Shown here: positions 1 to 10,527 of the stretch, in pieces
Layout of the letters: every line of letters begins with the position of its first letter
How positions within the stretch are numbered: the first letter of the stretch is position 1
Assembly: GCA_964504425.1 (NCBI GenBank)
Contig: CAZDFF010000002.1
Coordinates: forward strand, 1-42,514
DNA from: an uncultured Hyphomicrobiales bacterium
GTDB lineage: Bacteria > Pseudomonadota > Alphaproteobacteria > Rhodospirillales > 2-12-FULL-67-15
Direction: 5' to 3'
DNA: 42,514 bases
Made by a program: the position numbers and the translations under genes
The notes under the pieces: generated by a model
What the model saw: the letters and a program-made list of their open reading frames with translations, nothing else
Told to the model about the DNA's origin: nothing
The model's database searches: none

Positions 1-181
1 TGATGAACGCGGATCGCTTCGACATCGCCTGATCGCGACGGAAAGACGCCCGGGCGCCGCCGCCATCCGGCCGCGCTCGGGCGTCGCCGTTCGGGCTTGC
101 CGCTCGGTTCTCGGCGCCTCTGGAGGAAGCCGGATTTCGGTTTCTGCCGGTCGAAGGTAGTGGCCAACTGGGATGAAACTG

Positions 182-209
182 GGCACTGAATTGTCTGTGT
201 TTCAGTGCC
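182..209. repeat. perfect 9-bp inverted repeat GGCACTGAA-N10-TTCAGTGCC
   Basis: Read directly from the sequence. It lies in the low-GC leader upstream of the NERD gene. Confidence 0.6.
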
Positions 210-375
210 TCACATGAAGGTTCGCTGATAGCCAAAAAGGCCACTGCAGCCGTTCGCCAAATAACGGCTATGCGAAAAACTCTGATACACCGATATGATT
301 GCCCGTACCGCCTAAGAATGTACGACCTACCACCAAACGAAGAGGGGCAGGTTTAGGCATACAAACAGTCCTGGC

Positions 376-1134
376 TTGGTCATGGTTTCGCATTGGTATT
401 GGCTTCTACTCTTTGTGCCAGTTTTGGTTCTGATCCAGATTCAGCGGTCGGCGTGGTTCAAGGGAAAGCTGGGCGAATTCAAGGTCAATGTTGGCGTTTC
501 GCTCCTCCTTGATCGGAAAGTCTATCGCCTCGTCAAGAACGTTACGTTACCGGTCGGCGACGGGACCACCCAAATTGATCACGTGGTCGTTTCGCCGTAC
601 GGAATATTCGTGATTGAGACCAAGAACATAAATGGGTGGATATTCGGTCAGCCGAACCATGCACAATGGACGCAGGTGATTTATCGGTTTAAGCAAAGAT
701 TTCAGAACCCGCTCCTCCAGAACAACGTACATGCCAAAGCGGTGCGGGATCTCCTCGGCCTCAAGCCTGATCAGGTACACAATGTCGTGGTATTCGTTGG
801 TGCCTGCACGTTCAAGACCCCGATGCCATCCGAAGTCGTGTATGGAGTCTCTGGCCTTGCAGGGTTCATTCGGGCAAAACACGTTCTTGTATTCACCGAA
901 GATGAGATACGTCGCTTCGTTGAATGCATTCTGACCAAACGTCTGAATCCGGGTTTCCAGACGGAACGCACTCACGTGCGAAACGTGAAAAGAAGAATTT
1001 CAGACAATTCAGCCAATTCCGGTATTGCCTGCCCCCGTTGCGGCGGCGTTATGGTTGAACACGTTAATAGACGCACCGGCGAACGCTTCTTCGGCTGCAA
1101 ACGATTTCCGCGATGCAGCGGCACGCATTCCTAG
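376..1134 (+). CDS. NERD (nuclease-related) domain protein with C-terminal topoisomerase-type C4 zinc ribbon
   Basis: 252-aa ORF with TTG at 376 and the first ATG at 382. It has a hydrophobic N-terminus and a NERD-like core, DHVVVSPYGIFVIETKN (D...ExK). The C-terminus carries CPRCGG...GCKRFPRC. Codon usage and GC are atypical for this window. Confidence 0.8.
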   Translation: MVMVSHWYWLLLFVPVLVLIQIQRSAWFKGKLGEFKVNVGVSLLLDRKVYRLVKNVTLPVGDGTTQIDHVVVSPYGIFVIETKNINGWIFGQPNHAQWTQVIYRFKQRFQNPLLQNNVHAKAVRDLLGLKPDQVHNVVVFVGACTFKTPMPSEVVYGVSGLAGFIRAKHVLVFTEDEIRRFVECILTKRLNPGFQTERTHVRNVKRRISDNSANSGIACPRCGGVMVEHVNRRTGERFFGCKRFPRCSGTHS

Positions 1135-1219
1135 CTTTAAATCGCGCATGCATGCTTGATGCCCAGGTTTATTCCCGGCGCTCCTAAATTTAGCTGCTGA
1201 AAATTAAGCCTTGGGAAGC

Positions 1220-1309
1220 TGGCGGAAGGGGGGAGATTCGAACTCCCGGTACGGTTACCCGTACGCCGCATTTCGAGTGCGGTGCATTCAACCACTCTGC
1301 CACCCTTCC
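1220..1309 (-). tRNA. tRNA-Ser (anticodon CGA)
   Basis: The reverse complement folds as a 90-nt class II tRNA. Acceptor stem is GGAAGGG/CCCTTCC. Anticodon stem is CCGCA/TGCGG with loop CTCGAAA. The long variable arm is GTACGG-GTAA-CCGTAC. The T arm is GGGAG-TTCGAAT-CTCCC, and CCA is encoded. Confidence 0.95.
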
Positions 1310-1485
1310 TATGGGTATCGGCGGGCGCCCGGAATCGGGGCGCCGCCGGCGCGAGGGCGGCGGAGAGTAACCCATGAGCCGGGGCCCCGCAACCGGCGCG
1401 GCGGGGCCGCGCGGCGCGGCGAAAAGCGGTGGAAACCCTTGTCTTTCGGCCCGATTCCGGGTTCGATCCCAGGGTCCCAAATCCG

Positions 1486-1513
1486 TTGACATATATAAGT
1501 GGCGGGGTATAGT
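1486..1513 (+). promoter_or_regulatory. sigma70-like promoter for rplU-rpmA (TTGACA-N16-TATAGT)
   Basis: TTGACA at 1486-1491 and TATAGT at 1508-1513, about 90 nt upstream of the rplU ATG. Confidence 0.45.
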
Positions 1514-1600
1514 GCCGCCTCTTTTCCGGGGTCCCCCTGAAAGAAGCGTTTGCTTTTCGGGACTTGGCCCCTTTATCGGACGAACACGCGCGAGAGAGAA

Positions 1601-2107
1601 ATGTACGCTGTCATCAAAACCGGCGGGAAGCAGTATCGGGTGGCGAAGGACGATCGCCTGGCGGTCGAACGCCTGCCCGCGGAACCCGGCACCATGATCG
1701 CCCTGAGCCCGGTCCTCATGATCGGCGAGGCCTGCAAGGCGCCGACCATCGGCACGCCCGTGATCGACAAGGCGGCGGTGTTCGCCGAGGTGCTCGAACA
1801 GGGGCGCGGCGAGAAGATCATCGTCTTCAAGAAGAAGCGCCGCCAGAACTACCGCCGCAAGAACGGCCACCGCCAGGACCTGACGATGCTGAAGATCCTG
1901 CACGTCAGCCCGACCGGCGAGGCACCGCAGTTCACGCCGACGCCGAAGAAGGCGAAGGTCGTGGCGAAGAAGCCCGCGGTCGAGGAAGACGACGGCGACG
2001 TGAAGCCGGCGAAGAAGGCCCCGGCCAAGAAAGCAACGGCGAAGAAGGCGGCCGCGCCCAAGAAGGCGGCGGCCAAGAAGCCCGCCAAGACGAAATCCAA
2101 GGAGTAA
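1601..2107 (+). CDS. rplU: 50S ribosomal protein L21 with Lys/Ala-rich C-terminal extension
   Basis: [14 protein letters not shown]... is the canonical L21 N-terminus. The ATG at 1601 lies inside ORF 1550..2107. The tail reads [11 protein letters not shown]...[22 protein letters not shown]. Confidence 0.95.
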   Translation: MYAVIKTGGKQYRVAKDDRLAVERLPAEPGTMIALSPVLMIGEACKAPTIGTPVIDKAAVFAEVLEQGRGEKIIVFKKKRRQNYRRKNGHRQDLTMLKILHVSPTGEAPQFTPTPKKAKVVAKKPAVEEDDGDVKPAKKAPAKKATAKKAAAPKKAAAKKPAKTKSKE

Positions 2108-2113
2108 CGATCC

Positions 2114-2371
2114 ATGGCACATAAAAAAGCAGGCGGCAGCTCCCGCAACGGCCGCGACACGGCCGGTCGGCGCTTGGGCGTCAAGAAGTTCGGCGGCGAG
2201 TCGGTGCTTTCCGGCAACATCCTGGTTCGCCAGCGCGGCACCAAGTACCACGCCGGCCGCAACGTCGGCATGGGCAAGGACCACACCCTGTTCGCCACCG
2301 CCGAGGGCCGCGTCAGCTTCGCGACCAAGTCGAACGGACGGACGTTCGTGACGGTGGAGCCGAGCAACTAA
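2114..2371 (+). CDS. rpmA: 50S ribosomal protein L27
   Basis: [25 protein letters not shown] is the canonical L27 sequence. The gene lies immediately downstream of rplU. Confidence 0.97.
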   Translation: MAHKKAGGSSRNGRDTAGRRLGVKKFGGESVLSGNILVRQRGTKYHAGRNVGMGKDHTLFATAEGRVSFATKSNGRTFVTVEPSN

Positions 2372-4664
<2,293 letters not shown>

Positions 4665-4668
<4 letters not shown>

Positions 4669-5960
4669 CGCCCGTCCAGACCGCGGCCGTTGCCGAAACC
4701 GGAAACGACGTCGCCGACCTGATGCTGGGCATCGGGCGGGCCGCCCGCGCCGCCGGACATGCGCTCGCCGAAACCTCGACCGAGGCGAAGAATAAGGCGC
4801 TCGCCGCGGCCGCGGCCGCGATCCTCCGGCGCAAATCCGACATTCTCGCGGCCAACGCCAAGGACATGGCGGCGGCCGAACGCAAGGGCCTGACCAAGGC
4901 GGTGCTCGATCGTCTGATGCTCGACGACAAGCGCATCGAGGCGATGGCCAAGGGGATCGAGGATATTCGGGCGCTGGCCGACCCCGTCGGCACCGTCATC
5001 GCCGCCTGGGACCGGCCGAACGGCCTGCACATCGAACGCGTGCGCGTGCCCTTGGGCGTGATCGGGATTATTTACGAATCCCGGCCGAACGTGACGGCGG
5101 ACGCGGGCGCGCTGTGCCTGAAGGCGGGCAATGCCTGCATCCTGCGCGGCGGCTCGGAAAGTTTCCATTCGTCGGCCGCCATCGTCGATTGCCTGCACGA
5201 AGGATTGCGCGCGGCCGGCATTCCCGAAACCGCGATCCAGCGCGTGCCGATGACGGACCGCGCCGCGGTCGGCGAAATGCTGAAGATGGTCGGCCTGATC
5301 GACGTGATCGTGCCGCGCGGCGGAAAGTCCCTGATCGAGCGAATCACGGCTGAAAGCAAGGTGCCGCTGTTCATGCATCTGGAAGGGCTCTGCCATACCT
5401 ATGTCGACGTCAAGGCGGATCTCGAAAAGGCGCTGGCCGTCGTGCTGAACGCGAAGATGCGGCGCACCGGCGTGTGCGGCGCGACCGAGACCTTGCTGGT
5501 CGATCGCAAGATCGCCGGCGCGTTTCTGCCGGACGCGATCGACGCGTTAATCCGCGCCGGCTGCGAAGTGCGCGGCGACGCCGACACGCAAAAAATCGAT
5601 TCCCGCGTCGTCGCGGCGACGGCCGCCGACTGGGACACGGAATACCTGGACGCGATCATCGCCGTCGCCGTCGTCGACGGGCTTGACGGCGCGATCGATC
5701 ACATCGCCCGTCACGGGTCCGGCCATACCGACGCGATCCTGACCGAGGACAAGGCGGCCGCCGAAACCTTCGTCCGGCGGGTCGATTCCGCCATCGTGCT
5801 GGTCAACGCCTCGACCCAGTTCGCCGACGGCGGCGAATTCGGCATGGGCGCCGAGATCGGCATTTCAACCGGCCGCCTGCACGCGCGCGGGCCGGTCGGC
5901 GTCGAACAGCTCACCAGCTTCAAGTACGTGGTGCGCGGCTCCGGCCAGTGTCGCCCTTGA
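4665..5960 (+). CDS. proA: gamma-glutamyl phosphate reductase
   Basis: 431 aa with [18 protein letters not shown] and HGSGHTDAI motifs. The start makes an ATGA overlap with proB. Confidence 0.96.
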
Positions 5961-6583
5961 CGGCAGCCACGGCGCAAACGCGCCGGCGCGGCCGACGCAT
6001 CGGCATCCTCGGCGGCTCGTTCAATCCGGCGCACGAAGGGCATCTTCACATCAGCCGCCTGGCGCTGCGCCTGCTGCGGCTCGACGCGGTGTGGTGGATG
6101 GTTTCGCCGCAGAATCCGCTGAAGCCCGTTCGCGGCATGGCGGCCTTCGAAAAGCGGGTCGCGGATGCCCGCGCGATGGCCCGCCATCCGCGAATCCGGG
6201 TCACGGGAATCGAAGCAAGACTCGGCACCGCCTACACGGCGGACACGCTGGCGGCGCTGAAACGGCGTTTCCCGATGGAACGTTTCGTGTGGCTGATGGG
6301 TGCGGACAATCTGGCGCAAATCGGCCGTTGGCGACGATGGACCAAAATCTTTCGCACCGTTCCCGTTGCGGTTTTCGCGCGCCCTCACTATTCTTTACGT
6401 GCGCTCGCTGGCAAGGCGGCCCATCGATTCAAGGCCGCCCGCATCGCGGAACAAAGGGCCGGCGCGCTGGCGGATACGCCGCCGCCCGCCTGGGTGTTCC
6501 TGAACACCCGGCTGGATGCGACCTCCGCCACCGGCATTCGCGCCGGCCTCGGTAAGTCGGGCCGGTCGGCCGTCGGAAGGTGA
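5948..6583 (+). CDS. nadD: nicotinate-nucleotide adenylyltransferase
   Basis: [15 protein letters not shown] (the (H/T)xGH motif) and SPQNPLK are present. The GTG start overlaps the proA end by 13 nt. Confidence 0.9.
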   Translation: MSPLTAATAQTRRRGRRIGILGGSFNPAHEGHLHISRLALRLLRLDAVWWMVSPQNPLKPVRGMAAFEKRVADARAMARHPRIRVTGIEARLGTAYTADTLAALKRRFPMERFVWLMGADNLAQIGRWRRWTKIFRTVPVAVFARPHYSLRALAGKAAHRFKAARIAEQRAGALADTPPPAWVFLNTRLDATSATGIRAGLGKSGRSAVGR

Positions 6584-7056
6584 CCCTGGGCGGTCCGCTC
6601 GCGTGCGGGCCACGTGCAATCCGGCCGATCCGCCGAAGATCGCGGGCAGGCCGTCGTTTTAACGGCAAGGAGAGACCCATACCGAGACCCAAAAGGAAGA
6701 CCCCGCCGGCAAGCGCGAAACTGCTTTCGCTGGTGGAAAAGTCCCTCGATGACGACAAGGCCGAGGACATCGTCGTCATCGATCTCGCCGGCAAGACCGA
6801 AATCGCCGATTTCATGGTCATCGCTTCCGGCACCTCGCAGCGCCAGATCGGCGCCATGGCCCAACATCTTCGCAACAAGATCAAGGATGCCCGATTGGGA
6901 AGTCCCGCCGTCGAAGGCGGCGCCAGCGATTGGGTCCTGATCGACGCGGGCGATGTGGTCGTGCACCTGTTTCGGCCGGAAACGCGCCAGTTTTACGACC
7001 TGGAGAAGTTCTGGACCATGACGCCGGCGGAAATGCGCGCAAGCCTGCCGGCCTGA
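6580..7056 (+). CDS. rsfS: ribosome silencing factor RsfS (iojap-like)
   Basis: DIVVIDLAGKTEIADFMVIASGTSQRQ...DWVLIDAGDVVVHLFRPETRQFYDLEKFW. The start is uncertain. GTG at 6580 makes a GTGA overlap with nadD and gives a roughly 45-aa basic N-terminal extension. Confidence 0.85.
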   Translation: MTLGGPLACGPRAIRPIRRRSRAGRRFNGKERPIPRPKRKTPPASAKLLSLVEKSLDDDKAEDIVVIDLAGKTEIADFMVIASGTSQRQIGAMAQHLRNKIKDARLGSPAVEGGASDWVLIDAGDVVVHLFRPETRQFYDLEKFWTMTPAEMRASLPA

Positions 7057-7096
7057 CGGCCGCCTGCTTTCGCCGCCGCCCCGAAAGGGGAATGCC

Positions 7097-7570
7097 ATGC
7101 GACTGACCGTGGCCGCCGTCGGCCGCTTCGGCGGCGCGCGGGCGAAGGCCGGGCCGCTGAAGGCCCAATTCGACGATTATGCCAAGCGCATCGCCTGGCG
7201 GCTCGACGTTCGCGAGGTCGAGGAAAAGCGCAAGCGCTCCGCCCCCGAATTGAAGAAACGCGAGGGCGAACTGTTGCTGGCGGCGGTGCCCAAGGGCGCC
7301 GTCGTCGTCGCGCTCGACGAAACCGGCCAAACCCTGACCAGCGCCGAATTCGCCGGTCGCATCGCCAAGTGGCGCGACGGCGGCACCAAGGACCTCTGCT
7401 TCGTTATCGGCGGCGCCGGCGGACTCGACAAGGCGGTGCTGGAACGGGCCCAACTGACGCTTTCGTTCGGGCGCTTGACCTGGCCGCATCTGCTGGTCCG
7501 GGTGCTGCTGGCGGAACAGATTTTTCGCGCCCAGTCGATTCTTCAGGGTCACCCCTACCATCGGGAATAG
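7097..7570 (+). CDS. rlmH: 23S rRNA (pseudouridine1915-N3)-methyltransferase
   Basis: 157 aa of SPOUT type, with VVALDETGQ..S.EFA, FVIGGAGGL and LSFGRLTWPH..RVLLAEQIFRA. Confidence 0.93.
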   Translation: MRLTVAAVGRFGGARAKAGPLKAQFDDYAKRIAWRLDVREVEEKRKRSAPELKKREGELLLAAVPKGAVVVALDETGQTLTSAEFAGRIAKWRDGGTKDLCFVIGGAGGLDKAVLERAQLTLSFGRLTWPHLLVRVLLAEQIFRAQSILQGHPYHRE

Positions 7571-7631
7571 GCCTTTCGCGGGCGTTCCGCGGGGCTGTTA
7601 AAATCCCGGAATTTCGGCCTATATTGAGGCC

Positions 7632-9218
7632 ATGACCGATTCGTCCCGCAAATCCCCGGCCGCCCGGCCGCGTCCCGTCGTGCTCTGCATCCTGGACGGT
7701 TGGGGCGAGCGTGCCGACGACGAAAACAACGCCATTCGCCTGGCGCGCACGCCGAACTGGGACCGCTATATCGCGTCCGCGCCGAAGGCGCTGCTCGACG
7801 CTTCCGCCCACGAGGTCGGCCTGCCCGAAGGCCAGATGGGCAACTCCGAGGTCGGGCACATGAATCTGGGCGCCGGCCGCGTCGTCATGCAGGACCTGCC
7901 GCGCATCGATGCGGCGGTTGCCGACGGCTCGTTGGCGAAGAACGAACGGCTGGGCGATTTCATCGCCAAGTTGAAAGCCTCCGGCGGCGCGTGCCATCTG
8001 CTCGGGTTGATGTCGCCGGGCGGCGTGCATTCGCATCAGGATCACATCGCCGCGCTGGCGAAAATCGTTTCCGAGACGGGCGTGCCGGTTCGCGTGCATG
8101 CGTTTCTCGACGGCCGCGACGTGCCGCCGAAAAGCGCGCTCGGCTATCTGCGCCGTTTCCTCGACGCGACGAAGGGCTTCAAGAACGTTTCCGTCGCGAC
8201 CGTGTCCGGGCGCTATTACGCGATGGATCGCGACAAGCGCTGGGATCGGGTCGAAAAGGCCGTCGCCGCGCTGAAGGACGGCCGAGGCGTCGCCGCCGCC
8301 GATCCGCTGGCCGCGCTCGAGGCTTCCTACGCGGCGGGCCAGACCGACGAGTTCATGCTGCCGGCCGCGATCGCCGGATATGCCGGTATGAAGGACGGCG
8401 ACGGCCTGCTGATGGCCAACTTCCGCGCCGACCGGGTGCGCGAAATCTTGCACGCGCTGGCCGATCCGGTGTTCGACGGATTCGATATCGGCCGCAAGGT
8501 GCGGTTTGCGGCTTGCGCGGGCATGACGGAATATTCGGTCGCGCTCGATTCGCTGTTCCCGGCGCTGTTTCCGGCGGAAAACCTGACCCGCATCCTGGGC
8601 GAGGTCGTGGCCGAAGCGGGCATGAAGCAGCTTCGCATCGCCGAAACCGAAAAGTATGCCCACGTCACGTTCTTCCTGAACGGCGGCCGCGAGCAGGAGT
8701 TCCCGGGCGAGGAACGCATCCTGGTGCCGTCGCCCAAGGTCGCGACCTACGACCTGAAGCCGGAAATGTCGGCGGAAGAAGTGACCGACAAACTGGTCGC
8801 CGCGATCGCGTCCGACCGGTTCGACCTGATCGTGGTGAATTACGCAAACGGCGACATGGTCGGCCACACCGGCATTCTCGAGGCTGCGGTCAAGGCGGCG
8901 GAAACCATCGATCGCTGCCTCGGCCGGTTGGAAAAGGCGACGCTGGAAAAGGGCGGCGTGCTGTTCGTCACCGCCGACCACGGCAATTGCGAGCAAATGG
9001 TCGATCACGAAGCCCACCAACCGCATACGGCGCATACCCTGAACAAAGTGCCGGCCATCCTGCTCGGCGCGCCGGCATGGGCGACCGGATTGAGCAACGG
9101 GCGGCTGGCGGACGTGGCGCCGACGATCCTCCGCCTGATGAACCTGCCGCAGCCGGCGGAAATGAGCGGTCGATCGTTGATCCGGGGCGAGGCGGCCGCG
9201 ACCGCCGCCGCCCAGTAG
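7632..9218 (+). CDS. gpmI: 2,3-bisphosphoglycerate-independent phosphoglycerate mutase
   Basis: 528 aa with ILDGWG, GNSEVGHMNLGAGR, GGVHSH, FLDGRD and ADHGN motifs. Confidence 0.95.
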   Translation: MTDSSRKSPAARPRPVVLCILDGWGERADDENNAIRLARTPNWDRYIASAPKALLDASAHEVGLPEGQMGNSEVGHMNLGAGRVVMQDLPRIDAAVADGSLAKNERLGDFIAKLKASGGACHLLGLMSPGGVHSHQDHIAALAKIVSETGVPVRVHAFLDGRDVPPKSALGYLRRFLDATKGFKNVSVATVSGRYYAMDRDKRWDRVEKAVAALKDGRGVAAADPLAALEASYAAGQTDEFMLPAAIAGYAGMKDGDGLLMANFRADRVREILHALADPVFDGFDIGRKVRFAACAGMTEYSVALDSLFPALFPAENLTRILGEVVAEAGMKQLRIAETEKYAHVTFFLNGGREQEFPGEERILVPSPKVATYDLKPEMSAEEVTDKLVAAIASDRFDLIVVNYANGDMVGHTGILEAAVKAAETIDRCLGRLEKATLEKGGVLFVTADHGNCEQMVDHEAHQPHTAHTLNKVPAILLGAPAWATGLSNGRLADVAPTILRLMNLPQPAEMSGRSLIRGEAAATAAAQ

Positions 9219-9228
9219 GGCAACGGGA

Positions 9229-10527
9229 TTGGCCGCCGCCTCCCTCCGTGGGATCTTCGTTCTTGTGACGCTCGCCGCCGTCGGTCTCGGCGCGGTCTCG
9301 GCATCGGCGCAAGCGCCCGAGGCGCGGGTCAAGGCGCTCGAACGGGAAATCGAAAGCAAGCGCGCCGAAGCCGAACGATTGAAGGCGGCCGAGGCCCGCC
9401 TCGCCGCCGAAGTCCAGGCGTTGCGCGGCGAAATGATCGCCGCCGCCCGGGCGATCCGCGATTTCGAACAGGAAATCCTGGACCTCGAATCGTCGCTGGC
9501 GGGCCTCGTCGTCACCGAGACGGAAATCCAGCGCCGCCTCGCCGCCGGCCGCCGCCAGACCGTACAGGCGGTCATGGCGTTGCAACGCCTGGCTCGGTTC
9601 CCGCCGGAAGCCATGATCGCGTTGCCGACCGGCCCAAGCGAAACGGTGCGCGGCGCGATCCTCCTGAAGGCCGCGGTGCCGGCGATCGAGCGCCAGGCGC
9701 GGCATCTGAAACGGGATCTCGCGGATCTCGAAGGCGCGCGCACCGAGATGACCGAGCAGCGCCTCCGCCTTGCCAAGGCGGTCGAAGGACTGAAGGGGGA
9801 CCGTATCCGACTCGACGGCATGGTCCGGAAGAAAGCGGCGTTGCAGAGCAAGACCCACGGCGAGACCCGCGAGGTCGAGGAACGATTGAAGGCGATGGCG
9901 GCCGAGGCGAAGTCGCTTCAGGAGCTCATGCAGCGGATCGAGGCCGAGCGCGTTCGCCGCGAGCAGGCGGCGAAGGAAGCGCGCGCGCGGGAAGAAGCCC
10001 TGCGCAAGCGACGCGAAGCCGCCGCCGAACGGGAACGCCAGCGCACCGCGAAAAAGGCGCCGCCGCCGAAACGCGAGGAGGCGAAACGCGAGGAAAAGAC
10101 GGCGGCCGTCGGCCGGCCGATCACGAGCGCGCGAGGACGCATGCCGATGCCCGTCGTCGGGCGGATCGCCACCCGCTACGGGCAGGCATTGCCGACGGGG
10201 CTGACCGCCAAGGGAATCACCATCGAATCGGGCCACGGCGCGCAGGTCATCGCGCCGCATGACGGTACCGTCGTGTTCGCGGGCCCGTTTCGCGGTTATG
10301 GGCAACTCTTGATCATCGAACATGGCGAGGGATATCATACGCTTCTTGCCGGAATGGCCCGGATCGACAGCGAACCCGGCGCCATCGTCCAGGCGGGCGA
10401 GCCGGTCGGCCAGATGGGGCAACCGGCGGCGGGAAAGCCGGCGCTTTACGTGGAATTCAGGCGCGGCGGCCACCCCATCAATCCCATGCCATGGCTGGCG
10501 GCAACCAAGGAAAAGGTGAACGGATGA
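9229..10527 (+). CDS. EnvC-like murein hydrolase activator (coiled coil + degenerate LytM/M23 domain)
   Basis: TTG start, signal peptide and a long coiled-coil region. The C-terminal LytM domain lacks both HxxxD and HxH (it reads PALYVEFRRGGHPINP), as in non-catalytic EnvC. Position between gpmI and ctpA matches known synteny. Confidence 0.8.
   Translation: MAAASLRGIFVLVTLAAVGLGAVSASAQAPEARVKALEREIESKRAEAERLKAAEARLAAEVQALRGEMIAAARAIRDFEQEILDLESSLAGLVVTETEIQRRLAAGRRQTVQAVMALQRLARFPPEAMIALPTGPSETVRGAILLKAAVPAIERQARHLKRDLADLEGARTEMTEQRLRLAKAVEGLKGDRIRLDGMVRKKAALQSKTHGETREVEERLKAMAAEAKSLQELMQRIEAERVRREQAAKEARAREEALRKRREAAAERERQRTAKKAPPPKREEAKREEKTAAVGRPITSARGRMPMPVVGRIATRYGQALPTGLTAKGITIESGHGAQVIAPHDGTVVFAGPFRGYGQLLIIEHGEGYHTLLAGMARIDSEPGAIVQAGEPVGQMGQPAAGKPALYVEFRRGGHPINPMPWLAATKEKVNG

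Larger units (their letters stand above)
141..1219. mobile_element. putative remnant genomic islet inserted at the 3' end of tRNA-Ser (low GC, single cargo gene, no integrase)
   Basis: GC content drops visibly here (29 G+C in the 60 nt at 181-240) relative to the flanks. The right border abuts the 3' end of the tRNA at 1220. A degenerate direct copy of the tRNA 3' end lies at 121-140: TGGAGGAAGCCGGATTTCGG versus TGGCGGAAGGGGGGAGATTCG. Confidence 0.3.

Noticed and set aside
1-32. Possible gene end (plus strand ...MNADRFDIA*) or gene start (minus strand MSKRSAFI...) at the left window edge
   Set aside because: Fewer than 10 codons are visible in either reading. All three minus-strand frames are open here because of high GC, so the two readings cannot be told apart.
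157-246. Possible third, degenerate relative of the CTAG-bounded palindromic elements (GTAGTGGCC ... AAAAA-GGCCACTGC)
   Set aside because: Only the 7-bp termini and the A-run resemble units 1 and 2. The inner arms do not pair, apart from the unrelated 9-bp hairpin at 182-209, and the CTAG ends are not intact. This is too weak without a genome-wide copy census.
547-975. 142-aa minus-strand ORF and other small ORFs inside the NERD gene
   Set aside because: They are antisense to an ORF with clear NERD and zinc-ribbon motifs, and no features of their own were seen.
1456-1480. tRNA T-arm-like CCGGG-TTCGATC-CCAGG just upstream of the rplU promoter
   Set aside because: The stem has one mismatch. 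No complementary acceptor 5' strand (TTGGGAC) lies 60-80 nt upstream, so there is no cloverleaf. At most it is a decayed fragment.
1930-2100. Repetitive AAGAAGGC-rich DNA that might look like a tandem repeat or array
   Set aside because: It is in frame within rplU and encodes the Lys/Ala tail. The repeats are imperfect and lack the spacer structure of a CRISPR array or a VNTR.
6666-6681. Strong Shine-Dalgarno-like AAGGAGA inside the 5' part of the rsfS ORF, suggesting a shorter RsfS
   Set aside because: The codon at the right spacing is ATA, and no ATG, GTG or TTG follows in frame nearby. The GTG at 6580 is kept, but the start remains uncertain.
7404-9851. 815-aa minus-strand ORF, and 7700..9268 (522 aa, plus strand, alternative frame), over gpmI
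   Set aside because: The gpmI frame carries all iPGM signature motifs. These alternatives are Arg-rich low-complexity translations with no recognisable domain.
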